Shown here: positions 7,563 through 16,142 of the stretch, one piece after another
Position numbering within the stretch: the stretch's first letter is position 1
How the letters are laid out: each line of letters starts with the position of its first letter
Origin: a virus
Lineage: Duplodnaviria; Caudoviricetes
IMG/VR virus record: IMGVR_UViG_3300034168_000165
Location: 1-29,935 of that record
Direction: 5' to 3' (one strand)
DNA: 29,935 bases
Notes under the pieces: generated by a model
Databases searched by the model: none
Seen by the model: only the letters and a program-made list of their open reading frames with translations
What the model was told of the DNA's origin: nothing
Made by a program: the position numbers and the translations under genes

Positions 7563-7952
7563 ATGAATTTAATTAAGATTACAGAATTAATAGAAAGATA
7601 CGAATTAAACACAAGTTCAAGAAAACGTGAAAAAGTGTACATAAGAAGCGTATTGTATCATTTTCTACGCAACAACAGAATGACATTAGACAGAATCGGT
7701 AAAATGTTTGGCAAAGGACACGCTACTATTTTACACGGTCTTGAATGTTACGATCGAAATAAAAACTATCCAGACTTCAAAGAATTAATTGAGTTAGTTG
7801 AAAACGAGTTAGAAGTATCTTGCATTGATATAGCAGACGAAGATAAATTGCAGCTAACAGAAGCAGAATTGGATATATTAGAAGCTAATTCATTACAAGA
7901 CTTTTGGCAGATTAAAAATAATTTGATAAAAAAGTTATCAATTAAAGAATAA
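7563..7952 (+). CDS. DnaA C-terminal-like HTH DNA-binding protein
   Basis: SRKREKVYIR...MTLDRIGKMFGKGHATILHG resembles DnaA domain IV. Confidence 0.75.
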   Translation: MNLIKITELIERYELNTSSRKREKVYIRSVLYHFLRNNRMTLDRIGKMFGKGHATILHGLECYDRNKNYPDFKELIELVENELEVSCIDIADEDKLQLTEAELDILEANSLQDFWQIKNNLIKKLSIKE

Positions 7953-7956
7953 TGTT

Positions 7957-7964
7957 TATATTTG
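7957..7964 (+). promoter_or_regulatory. Bacteroidota -7 element upstream of erf
   Basis: TATATTTG in intergenic gap; TTA at the -33 position. Confidence 0.6.
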
Positions 7965-7995
7965 TATACGTTATTAACAATTTAAAACTAAGAAA

Positions 7996-8532
7996 ATGAA
8001 AAATTTAATTAACATTCAAGCAGAATTAAAATGCCCTAAAGGTTCTTTCAACGCATTTGGAAAGTACAAGTATAGAAGTGCGGAGCAGATACTTGAGTCT
8101 TTAAAGCCAGTATTGTTAAAATACAATTCAGTATTGACAATATCAGATGAAATAGTAGAAATTGGTTCTAAACTATTTTTAAAGGCAAGTGCAGAACTTA
8201 TATCTTACAATGAAGATGGCAAAGTAGATAGAATCACTATTAATGGATTTGCAGAGATGGGAGACCATAAAGGAATGTCTTCAGAGCAATGTACTGGTAC
8301 TGCATCAAGTTACGCACGTAAATACGCTTTAAATGGCTTATTCTTAATTGATGAAACAGAAAGCGACCCAGACTCAAAAGATAATAGTCAGCAAGTAAAG
8401 AAAGTTAAAACAATTACAGATGAGCGTTTTAACAAAGCAATTGAAGCAATAGGAAAAGGACTTGCTAAGAAAGAAGATTTACTTCAATTTGAGTTAACAG
8501 AATCTCAAAAATTAACATTTGCAACGCTATGA
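7996..8532 (+). CDS. erf: ERF-family single-strand annealing protein
   Basis: IQAELKCPK..NAFGKYKYRSAEQILE, GTASSYARKYALNGLF, DPDS. Confidence 0.92.
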   Translation: MKNLINIQAELKCPKGSFNAFGKYKYRSAEQILESLKPVLLKYNSVLTISDEIVEIGSKLFLKASAELISYNEDGKVDRITINGFAEMGDHKGMSSEQCTGTASSYARKYALNGLFLIDETESDPDSKDNSQQVKKVKTITDERFNKAIEAIGKGLAKKEDLLQFELTESQKLTFATL

Positions 8533-9212
8533 GTTTATTATTTAGATGTTCGCAGTTAGGTAATTTAATGACAGAATCTCGTACAAAAAGCGAGGTTTTG
8601 TCTGCTACTGCAAAGACGCTTATTGAAGATATGTTTCGTGAGAAAGAACTTGGTATATACAAAGAATTTAGCTCACGATATACAGACAAAGGAAATCAAA
8701 ACGAAGATTTAGCTATTGAGTTAGCATCTGAAGTATTGGATTGGAATTGGATTTTAAAGAACGAAGAAAAGTTTAAGAATGATTATGTTGTAGGAACACC
8801 TGATTTGGTAAATGATACTTTACTTGCTGACATAAAATGCTCTTGGTCTGCAAGTACTTTTCCGATGTTTGACGATGTGCTTAAAAATAAAAATTACTAC
8901 TGGCAACTTATCGGATATATGTGGCTTACAGGACACAAACAAGCGGAGTTAGTATATTGTTTAACAGATACACCATTTCAAATTGTAGAAAGCGAAGTAA
9001 GAAAAGAACATTGGAAGTTATGTTTAATTGATGAAGACCCTCTTGTACGTGAGGCAGTAGAAAGCTTACATAGCTTTGAGCATATACCTAAAAATTTACG
9101 AGTTAAAAGATTTATAGTTGAATACAACGAAGCGGACATTCAAAAATTAAAGCAAAGAATCGAAGTGGCACGTGAGTATTATCAAGAATTATTATTAATT
9201 TTAAACAAATAA
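8529..9212 (+). CDS. YqaJ/lambda-exonuclease-like PD-(D/E)xK nuclease
   Basis: FRCS, KG..NE, GTPD...DIKCSWS, YYWQL.GYMWLTG; next to ERF. Confidence 0.85.
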   Translation: MSLLFRCSQLGNLMTESRTKSEVLSATAKTLIEDMFREKELGIYKEFSSRYTDKGNQNEDLAIELASEVLDWNWILKNEEKFKNDYVVGTPDLVNDTLLADIKCSWSASTFPMFDDVLKNKNYYWQLIGYMWLTGHKQAELVYCLTDTPFQIVESEVRKEHWKLCLIDEDPLVREAVESLHSFEHIPKNLRVKRFIVEYNEADIQKLKQRIEVAREYYQELLLILNK

Positions 9213-9224
9213 AAACAAAGTAAA

Positions 9225-9638
9225 ATGAATTTAGAAAACGTAAAAGTAGGAGATTGGATTAAAGTACAAGTTACTAAAATAGATGAATCAACAAATTTTC
9301 CAATTAGATGCGGAAATATGTTATCTTTTGCTAAAAATGGTGTTTATTATAATGATGAACAAGTAGCTTTCCCAACAGAAGAAACAGAAAGATGGATGTT
9401 GGTATCAGATGACTCTATAAGATGGAGGAAACGTAAAGTTATTACTAATCATAATAATAAATTTATCGTTTGGTCTGGTGCTGAAACTGATGAAGAAGTT
9501 AATAATTCAGTTGAAACATCATATTGGAATTTCGCAAAAGAAATTGAAACAAAAATAGAGTTTAACTTAGAGTTAAGTTTAGAAGAAATAGCCGAAAAGT
9601 TCGGTGTAAATGTAGAACAAATAAAAATCAAAAAATGA
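9225..9638 (+). CDS. Hypothetical phage protein
   Basis: 137 aa; C-terminal LSLEEIAEKFG motif. Confidence 0.75.
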   Translation: MNLENVKVGDWIKVQVTKIDESTNFPIRCGNMLSFAKNGVYYNDEQVAFPTEETERWMLVSDDSIRWRKRKVITNHNNKFIVWSGAETDEEVNNSVETSYWNFAKEIETKIEFNLELSLEEIAEKFGVNVEQIKIKK

Positions 9639-9940
9639 GTACACTAATTAATGCGTCAATTGACGTAACAAAAATCGACAAAAGCAAGTTATACAATGGA
9701 AAGTATCTAAACTTGACAATTTCAATCAATGATTCTACCGACCAATTTGGAAACAACGTTGGATTAACAGAATCGCAAACAAAAGAAGAACGTGATTTAA
9801 AGACTTCTAAGCGTTATTTAGGTAATGGCAAAGTAGTTTATACTAATGGAGAGGTTAAAGTTGCTGAGAAGCAAGATAAACCACTTCAAACGGCATCGCA
9901 GAAGTTCGCACAACAAGAGAGTGATAGTTTACCATTTTGA
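9635..9940 (+). CDS. Putative single-stranded DNA-binding protein
   Basis: SIDVTKIDK..GKYLNLTI..DQFGN..YLGNGK; acidic tail ending DSLPF; in recombination module. Confidence 0.7.
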   Translation: MSTLINASIDVTKIDKSKLYNGKYLNLTISINDSTDQFGNNVGLTESQTKEERDLKTSKRYLGNGKVVYTNGEVKVAEKQDKPLQTASQKFAQQESDSLPF

Positions 9941-9998
9941 TTTTATCCTTTTCGGTGGGTGGTTAAACCGATATTTTTAAACTAAAAACTAAAAGATT

Positions 9999-10163
9999 AT
10001 GAAAACACCTATAATTATTTTAATCGTACTTTGGTCAATTGGATTGATGTTAGTAGCATATTTACACGGAGAGCCAAAAGAATCAAAATATAATATTTTT
10101 ATTACAATAATTGCACGAAGTATTAACATCGGTTTATTATATTGGGCTGGTTTATTTGATTAA
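9999..10163 (+). CDS. 54 aa two-TM membrane protein (absent from ORF track)
   Basis: MKTPIIILIVLWSIGLMLVAYLHGEPKESKYNIFITII...LLYWAGLFD; A-rich leader. Confidence 0.75.
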   Translation: MKTPIIILIVLWSIGLMLVAYLHGEPKESKYNIFITIIARSINIGLLYWAGLFD

Positions 10164-10165
10164 CT

Positions 10166-10348
10166 ATGGAGCAGTACGTAATTTTATATTGGCTATCAAA
10201 CGGAAAACCAGACAGAATGATAGTAAGTGCAGAAAGCAAAGCAGAAGCATTGAAAGAAGTGGATAAGCATCCAAGCATTATATACTATTGTGATACTATG
10301 GATAATTGGATTAAGTTCTGCGAAGATAGACGAGGTAACTATAAATAA
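10166..10348 (+). CDS. Hypothetical protein
   Basis: 60 aa ORF in tight array. Confidence 0.7.
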   Translation: MEQYVILYWLSNGKPDRMIVSAESKAEALKEVDKHPSIIYYCDTMDNWIKFCEDRRGNYK

Positions 10349-10363
10349 AAAACAACAATAACA

Positions 10364-10549
10364 ATGAAAAAAATAAAATTTAAAAAATACAGAATTGTAA
10401 AAGATAACTGTAACGGTTATGAGTGCCAAGTTTGGAGATTATGGTTTCCATTTTGGGTTGAAATGAATTTTTCTAATACGCATACATCTATTGAAAAAGC
10501 AAAGTGTTTTATTGAGAATAATAGCAATACTGTAGTTTGGAAATCTTAA
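10364..10549 (+). CDS. Hypothetical protein
   Basis: KYRIV...WRLWFPFW...SIEKAKCFIE; A-rich leader. Confidence 0.7.
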   Translation: MKKIKFKKYRIVKDNCNGYECQVWRLWFPFWVEMNFSNTHTSIEKAKCFIENNSNTVVWKS

Positions 10550-10571
10550 TAATATTAATAAATAAAAAACT

Positions 10572-10751
10572 ATGAAAGCATACATTGAAAAATACGGAGT
10601 TAAACACTCAATTGAAACAGATTGCGATGATGAAGATGTTTTTGAATTTACACGTAACATTTACAACTTGATGTTAACGGCTGGATATTCTAAAAATAAT
10701 ATTATTGAAGGATTGGAAGATATTATAAACGAAAATAAACAAGAACAATGA
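10572..10751 (+). CDS. 59 aa hypothetical protein (absent from ORF track)
   Basis: MKAYIEKYGVKHSIETD...; leader AATAAAAAACT; ATGA overlap with next gene. Confidence 0.75.
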   Translation: MKAYIEKYGVKHSIETDCDDEDVFEFTRNIYNLMLTAGYSKNNIIEGLEDIINENKQEQ

Positions 10752-11020
10752 ACACTAAACAACGAAAAGACTTAGACTTGACTTTAGCGTTAACTTTACA
10801 AATGCAGTCAATACTTCACACATTAGATGAACTATCGCACGAAGTAATATACAAACGTGAATTTAAACAACGATGCGAAAACTTTTACACGTGGGTTGAA
10901 AAGATAGTTGAGAATGTAAGCGAACAACTACCAGCAGATTCAGCTCAAAAATGGGTTGAAATTGTTAATGAAATTGATAAAATTGTTCAAAAGATTCAAT
11001 TATTTGAAGATGAAAAGTAG
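10748..11020 (+). CDS. Hypothetical protein
   Basis: 90 aa helical ORF. Confidence 0.7.
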   Translation: MNTKQRKDLDLTLALTLQMQSILHTLDELSHEVIYKREFKQRCENFYTWVEKIVENVSEQLPADSAQKWVEIVNEIDKIVQKIQLFEDEK

Positions 11021-11031
11021 TTAGTATATTG

Positions 11032-11039
11032 TATATTTG
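11032..11039 (+). promoter_or_regulatory. Bacteroidota -7 element of replication operon
   Basis: TATATTTG directly before the structured leader. Confidence 0.65.
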
Positions 11040-11043
11040 CACT

Positions 11044-11135
11044 TGTTACGGTCTCAATAAAGGTAACAGAAGGAATTTTAATTAACCCTTATAATGAAGA
11101 AGCTTGAGACCCTTCGGATTTATAGGGGTTTTTTT
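11044..11135 (+). promoter_or_regulatory. Structured leader/attenuator: two hairpins with complementary loops, the second a terminator
   Basis: TGTTAC/GTAACA stem; AACCCTTATAA/TTATAGGGGTT stem plus T run; loops GGTCTCAA and TTGAGACC. Confidence 0.75.
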
Positions 11136-11150
11136 ATTCATTTATTTATT

Positions 11151-11921
11151 ATGGCAAAAGAATTACCATATTTTAAGTTTGAACCAGCAGAATATTTAAC
11201 AAAAGATATATCTTTTTGTTCTATATCGGCACAAGGTTTATTTATTAATATTTGTTCCTACTATTGGCAAAGACAATGCAGTCTAACATTAGAGCAAATT
11301 TCAAGACGTTTTAACTATCCTAATGAGTTAGATGAGTTAATTAAAGAAGGTATTATTGATGTTACAGAAAACACTATTAGTATTAAGTTTTTAGATAATC
11401 AGCTTGATGAAGTTAGTAAGTTGAGTAATAAGAATAGTGCCAATGGTAGCAAGGGTGGTAGACCAAAGAAAAACCCAAACGAAACCCAAACGAAACCCAA
11501 CTTAAACCCAACTGAAAGCCAAACGAAAGGCATAAGAGAAGAAGAGATAAGAGAAGATGAAATAAAAGAAGATAATATAAAAGAAGAAGAAGAAAAAGAA
11601 ATTAATCGTGCTATCGCACTTGAGAGTGATTTTGAGATATTTTGGAATGCCTACGATAAAAAAGTAGACTATAAAAAAACAAAAGCTAAATTTATTTCTT
11701 TATCTGGTGTTAAAAGACAACAAGCATTAAACACCGTTTTATTTTACGTTAAAAAAACAGAAGAAAAAAAGTATAGAAAAAATCCTTGGACTTGGTTACA
11801 TAATGAATGTTGGAAAGATGAGTTAGCAGTAATGAAAATTGAAGATGTGCAAGAACCAAAAAGAAATTATACATTTGCAGAATTGATGGAAAGAGATGCA
11901 GTAACAAAAACTAACTTATGA
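11151..11921 (+). CDS. Replication initiator (lambda O/YdaU-like)
   Basis: MAKELPYFKF..EYL..D, NGSKGGRPK, FEIFWNAYDKK, KNPWTWLHNECWKDE; internal iterons; start moved to 11151. Confidence 0.82.
   Translation: MAKELPYFKFEPAEYLTKDISFCSISAQGLFINICSYYWQRQCSLTLEQISRRFNYPNELDELIKEGIIDVTENTISIKFLDNQLDEVSKLSNKNSANGSKGGRPKKNPNETQTKPNLNPTESQTKGIREEEIREDEIKEDNIKEEEEKEINRAIALESDFEIFWNAYDKKVDYKKTKAKFISLSGVKRQQALNTVLFYVKKTEEKKYRKNPWTWLHNECWKDELAVMKIEDVQEPKRNYTFAELMERDAVTKTNL
11470..11591 (+). repeat. Putative replication origin: five tandem 11-bp iterons plus purine-rich 15-bp repeats
   Basis: aaaacccaaac gaaacccaaac gaaacccaact taaacccaact gaaagccaaac (11470-11524); ATAARAGAAGA repeats 11532-11591. Confidence 0.75.
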
Positions 11922-13687
11922 TTGATAATTTTATAAATATAGGCATTGAACCAAAAGGTAACAGACAAGAGCAAAAAGTAACTTGCCCTAATTGTGTTAA
12001 AATTGGCAAAACAAATATTAAAGATACTTGCCTTTCTATTAATTTAAATGAAGGTTTATACAATTGTCATAAGTGCGGATGGAGTGGCTGCGTTAAACCG
12101 ATTAATTACATTGTTAAATACGAAAGACCAACAAAACAAAACTTCACTTCTTTATCAGATGAAGCATTAGAAATGTTTACTTCTCGTGGTATAACTCAAA
12201 GCGTAGTTATGAACCATAAGATTGTAATGGCTAAAGATGGTAAATCAATTATCTTTCCTTATTTAAGAAATGGAGAATTAATAAACTATAAACAACGATT
12301 TATAAAAGAAAAGGATTTTAGACAAGCAAAAGATGCAGAACCTATAATGTACAATTACGATAGATGTGTGAACAAAAAAGAAATAATTATATGTGAAGGT
12401 GAATTTGATTGTATGGCATTTGAGGTAGCAGGATTTGAAAACTCAACATCTGTTAATCAAGGTGCGCCAAATGTAAATGATAAAAACATAGATAAGAAAT
12501 TAGAATGTATTTCAAAATCTTATTCAATGTTTGATGCAGCAGAAAAAGTTTATATTGCAGTAGATAACGATGATAATGGTAGAAGATTAAAAGATGAATT
12601 AATAAGACGAATTGGTGCGGAAAGATGTTTAATAATTGAATTTGAAGACTGCAAAGATGCAAATGAATATCTATTAAAATATGGTAGATTAAAATTAGCA
12701 GAGATAAAAACAAAAGCTAAAGAAGTTCCAATAGAAGGAATTTTTACATTAGATTCTGTATTTGATTCTATGTTAGATTCATTTAGAAATGGTAAAGAAA
12801 GAGGCACAACAACTTACTGGAAAGAAATAGATAATGCTTGGACTTGGAGAAAATCAGAGGTTAACGTATGGACTGGTTACCAAAACGAAGGTAAAAGTTT
12901 ATTTTTAGAAACACTCGCAGTATTAAAGGCTTTTTACGATGGTTTTAAGTTTGCAGTATTTAGCCCTGAAAACACACCTATTAATGATTTTTACGATAAC
13001 TTAATAGAAATGTTTATTGGTAAGTCAGCAGACCCTTTTTATAAGTCTAATCAAATGACAGAGGAAGAATATATACAAGGTGCTGAATTTATAAAAAACC
13101 ATTTTTATATGATTTATCCAGAGAAAGGATTTGAACTTGAAACAATATTTGAAAAAGCACGACACTTAATTAGAAAAGAAGGAGTACGAGCATTAATAAT
13201 AGACCCTTACAATACGGTAGAGCATAAAATGAAAAGCGGAGAGAGAGAAGATTTATACATCTCAAGGTTTATGTCAGAGTTAAAAAGATTTGCTGTAGAG
13301 AATCAAATAAGCGTTAATTTAGTAGCGCACCAAGTTACACCACAAAAAGATAGTAACGGTAAATATCCAAGACCAGATACTAATAAAATAAAAGGCGGTG
13401 GTACATTTGCAGATAAAGCAGACAATGTAATGTTTATATGGCGACCTAATAGAGCAATAGATTTTGCAGATACAGAAGTAACTTTTGGAAGTCAAAAGAT
13501 TAAAAAACAAAAATTAGTAGGTATACCACAAGATGTGTCAGGTATTCAATACGATAGAAAGTCTAATAGATATTTTATTAATGGAGAAACACCATTTACA
13601 ACTATTGACGAGTTAAGAACCGGTAAAAGAAATAATACACCAATTTACAACAATGCAATAGTACCAGATACTTCATTTGATTTTTAA
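11918..13687 (+). CDS. Primase-helicase (T7 gp4/Twinkle-like)
   Basis: Zn finger CPNC..CHKC, TOPRIM ICEGEFD and DNDDNG, Walker A TGYQNEGKS, Walker B IIDPYN. Confidence 0.93.
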   Translation: MIDNFINIGIEPKGNRQEQKVTCPNCVKIGKTNIKDTCLSINLNEGLYNCHKCGWSGCVKPINYIVKYERPTKQNFTSLSDEALEMFTSRGITQSVVMNHKIVMAKDGKSIIFPYLRNGELINYKQRFIKEKDFRQAKDAEPIMYNYDRCVNKKEIIICEGEFDCMAFEVAGFENSTSVNQGAPNVNDKNIDKKLECISKSYSMFDAAEKVYIAVDNDDNGRRLKDELIRRIGAERCLIIEFEDCKDANEYLLKYGRLKLAEIKTKAKEVPIEGIFTLDSVFDSMLDSFRNGKERGTTTYWKEIDNAWTWRKSEVNVWTGYQNEGKSLFLETLAVLKAFYDGFKFAVFSPENTPINDFYDNLIEMFIGKSADPFYKSNQMTEEEYIQGAEFIKNHFYMIYPEKGFELETIFEKARHLIRKEGVRALIIDPYNTVEHKMKSGEREDLYISRFMSELKRFAVENQISVNLVAHQVTPQKDSNGKYPRPDTNKIKGGGTFADKADNVMFIWRPNRAIDFADTEVTFGSQKIKKQKLVGIPQDVSGIQYDRKSNRYFINGETPFTTIDELRTGKRNNTPIYNNAIVPDTSFDF

Positions 13688-13755
13688 CACCAAAAAAGTA
13701 ATGGAGTTGACAAGAGAAGTAGAGCAGCTGAAAAAGATAAATAATAACTTGACGA

Positions 13756-14430
13756 ATGGAATATAAGACTTGTACAAAATGTAAAATTGAAAAAGAGTTA
13801 ATATGTTTTGGAAAGCATAAATCTCAAAAAGATGGTCTTAATTATATATGTAAAGATTGTGTTAATAAAATATATATAGAAAATAAAAATAAAATAAATG
13901 AGAGAAATAAAACATATTATTTAAAAAATAAAAACAAAGTATCTGCAAAAAATAAGATATATAGAGAAAATAATAAAACAAAAATAAAAAGTTATTATCA
14001 AGAAAATAAAAAAATATTAAGTGAAAAAAATAAGAAATATTATCAAGAAAATAAAAATAAAATTCATTTAAAAAGATATTGTAACATAAATAAAAATCCA
14101 TTAAATAAATTGAAATATAGTATTAGATGTATTGTATCAAAATCTTTTAAACGTGGTAAAAATAATTTTAATAAAAAATCTAAATCACAATTAATATTAG
14201 GATGTACAATAGAAGAATTTATAAAGTATATCGAATCAAAATTTATAAAAGGTATGAATTTAGAAAATTATGGAGAATGGCATCTTGACCATATTATACC
14301 ATTGGCAACTGCAAAAACAGAAGAAGATGTTATAAGATTAAATCACTACACAAACTTTCAACCATTATGGGCAAAAGATAATTTAAGTAAAGGTGATAAA
14401 ATAATAGAAAAGCAATTAATATTATTATGA
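13756..14430 (+). CDS. HNH endonuclease, homing-type
   Basis: CTKC..CKDC, K/N/Y-rich repeats, WHLDHIIPL...HYTNFQPLWAKDNLSKG. Confidence 0.85.
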   Translation: MEYKTCTKCKIEKELICFGKHKSQKDGLNYICKDCVNKIYIENKNKINERNKTYYLKNKNKVSAKNKIYRENNKTKIKSYYQENKKILSEKNKKYYQENKNKIHLKRYCNINKNPLNKLKYSIRCIVSKSFKRGKNNFNKKSKSQLILGCTIEEFIKYIESKFIKGMNLENYGEWHLDHIIPLATAKTEEDVIRLNHYTNFQPLWAKDNLSKGDKIIEKQLILL

Positions 14431-14954
14431 AGAATGATTTTGAAAAGAAGTGCAAAGAATGTGACAATGTTTTTACACCTTACCGAACATTTGACAAGCT
14501 ATGTTATGTTTGCACCAAGACAAAACAAGCGTTAAAAAATCTTGAAGCAATTAAAAAGACTACAAAGAAAAAACAACGTGAAGACTTGATGACATTACAA
14601 GACTATTTTAAGATTGCTCAAACGCATTTTAACAAGTATATTCGTTTACGAGATGCTGGAAATGTATGTATCAGTTGCCAAAAGAAACCAAAAAAAGAAA
14701 ACGCTGGACACTATTTTTCTGCTGGTACACATACAAATGTAAGATTTGATGAGATGAATGTACACTTACAATGTGAACATTGCAACACTTTTTTGAGTGG
14801 CAATCTAATCGAATACGGCATACACTTAGAAAAACAGATTGGAGCAGATGAATTTACTATGCTACGTGAAAGAGCATACGTTACAAGAAAGTACACAAAA
14901 GACGAGTTAAAAGAACTTGCAGATTATTATAAAAGAAAATGTAAAGAATTATGA
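14427..14954 (+). CDS. ninG: NinG/Rap recombination endonuclease
   Basis: FNKYIRLRD, CISC, AGHY, RFDEMNVHLQCEHCN..LSGN. Confidence 0.92.
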   Translation: MKNDFEKKCKECDNVFTPYRTFDKLCYVCTKTKQALKNLEAIKKTTKKKQREDLMTLQDYFKIAQTHFNKYIRLRDAGNVCISCQKKPKKENAGHYFSAGTHTNVRFDEMNVHLQCEHCNTFLSGNLIEYGIHLEKQIGADEFTMLRERAYVTRKYTKDELKELADYYKRKCKEL

Positions 14955-15154
14955 GTGCAGTAGATTATTTATTTGAGCAATTATGGGAGTTACCAAAAGA
15001 CAAGTTAACTTGGTATGCAATTTTAAAAGAAGCAAAAGCAAAAGAAAAAAAACAAATGAAAAAAGCATATAATTCAGACAGACCAAATTTAACTGCTTTC
15101 ACAAATGGAACTGCATTTAAAGAATATTACGATAAAAACTTTAACAAAGAATAA
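14951..15154 (+). CDS. Hypothetical phage protein
   Basis: SAVDYLFEQL...AKAKEKKQMKKAY...EYY pattern. Confidence 0.75.
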   Translation: MSAVDYLFEQLWELPKDKLTWYAILKEAKAKEKKQMKKAYNSDRPNLTAFTNGTAFKEYYDKNFNKE

Positions 15155-15170
15155 ACTTATTAACAAAATG

Positions 15171-15200
15171 TTGCGTCTATAATACAATATTTTATATTTG
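15171..15200 (+). promoter_or_regulatory. Host-type promoter of the sigma operon
   Basis: TTG(15171-73)-N19-TATATTTG(15193-200); ATG begins 6 nt after the final G. Confidence 0.8.
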
Positions 15201-15205
15201 CAAAT

Positions 15206-15454
15206 ATGGAAGTACTAATTTTAATTTCTTTTGCGTGGTGGTTTGCTAATTTTGAGCCATTACAACGTCAATTTGATAGGTTATTTTTACAAGTTGAGGT
15301 CAATAAAATAACAGATGCGTTGTATTCCGCAGTCAGTTGTATGAAGTGCTTATCTTTTTGGTTTGCACTTTTTTATTTTCAAGACTTTTTTATGGCTTGC
15401 TTTGTTTCACTAATTGCATATACAATTCAATTATGTTTACAGAAACTGAAATAG
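15206..15454 (+). CDS. Membrane protein, DUF1360-like
   Basis: Hydrophobic with SCMKCLSFW (CxxCxxFW) motif. Confidence 0.65.
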   Translation: MEVLILISFAWWFANFEPLQRQFDRLFLQVEVNKITDALYSAVSCMKCLSFWFALFYFQDFFMACFVSLIAYTIQLCLQKLK

Positions 15455-15639
15455 CTTTAATCGAATCGTTGCGAGATGCAGACCCAATTATTAAGTCAGC
15501 AAAAGTTAGTTGCATAAAACTATCAGCAATACGAATTAAAGAAACTGGAGTTAAAGAAAAGGAATGCTTTTGCAGTCAAGTGAGACGCAGAATTTGGATA
15601 AAAGACTTTTACAATTGGTATGATAGCATTACTAAATAA
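15433..15639 (+). CDS. Small Cys-containing hypothetical protein
   Basis: Start moved to ATG 15433 (MFTETEIALIE...ECFCSQVRRRIW). Confidence 0.65.
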   Translation: MFTETEIALIESLRDADPIIKSAKVSCIKLSAIRIKETGVKEKECFCSQVRRRIWIKDFYNWYDSITK

Positions 15640-16135
15640 CTACATTACCAAAAACTACGATGAAATAAATCGTTATACAAGGTATTTTGTCAGTAGATTA
15701 AATTCACAACTTGACATTGATACGATAATTAACAACGCTTACATCAAAGCAAGTGAATCAAAGTACCAGTACAAAGAAGAACACGAAGCAAAAGCAATGT
15801 TTCTTCATTTAATCAAATGTGAATTATTATGGCAGTCAGATTCAAAAAAAGAGATAATAAATTCAGTTGAGAACGAATACATACCAGATTCAATTGACGA
15901 TTCACTTGAAGACGAAATTAAGTTTAGCGACAGATTAGAGATATTAGAAAATTATAGAGGACAAATAACCGACAAAATTAAGTTAATATTTTTTGAGACA
16001 TATTACGATAAGCAGATTTCTACTGGTCGCACGATTGCCAAGCATTTTGGAATCAGTCACACATCAGCACATTTTATGATTAACGAGATGCTGGAGTCAA
16101 TAAAACATTTTGAAAAGTACGGACAATATAAATAA
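15620..16135 (+). CDS. Phage sigma-70/ECF-like transcription factor (putative late sigma)
   Basis: 171 aa; region 2-like (YDEINRY..DIDTIINNAYI) and region 4 HTH (FFETYY..TGRTIAKHFGISHTSAHFMI); just before packaging genes. Confidence 0.72.
   Translation: MIALLNNYITKNYDEINRYTRYFVSRLNSQLDIDTIINNAYIKASESKYQYKEEHEAKAMFLHLIKCELLWQSDSKKEIINSVENEYIPDSIDDSLEDEIKFSDRLEILENYRGQITDKIKLIFFETYYDKQISTGRTIAKHFGISHTSAHFMINEMLESIKHFEKYGQYK
16103..16129 (+). promoter_or_regulatory. Putative late promoter 1 (AAAC-N16-ACAATAT)
   Basis: One of four exactly spaced copies; precedes terminase block. Confidence 0.72.
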
Positions 16136-16142
16136 AAACGAT

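Noticed and set aside
11470-11591. CRISPR array
   Set aside because: Tandem 11 and 15 bp units with no spacers, inside a coding gene
13860-14110. Low-complexity AAT/AAA repeats as a DNA element
   Set aside because: Explained by K/N/Y-rich helical repeats (YYQENK) of the HNH protein
15161-15190. Fifth late promoter copy (ACAATAT at 15184)
   Set aside because: No AAAC at 16 nt spacing; it lies within the host-type promoter spacer
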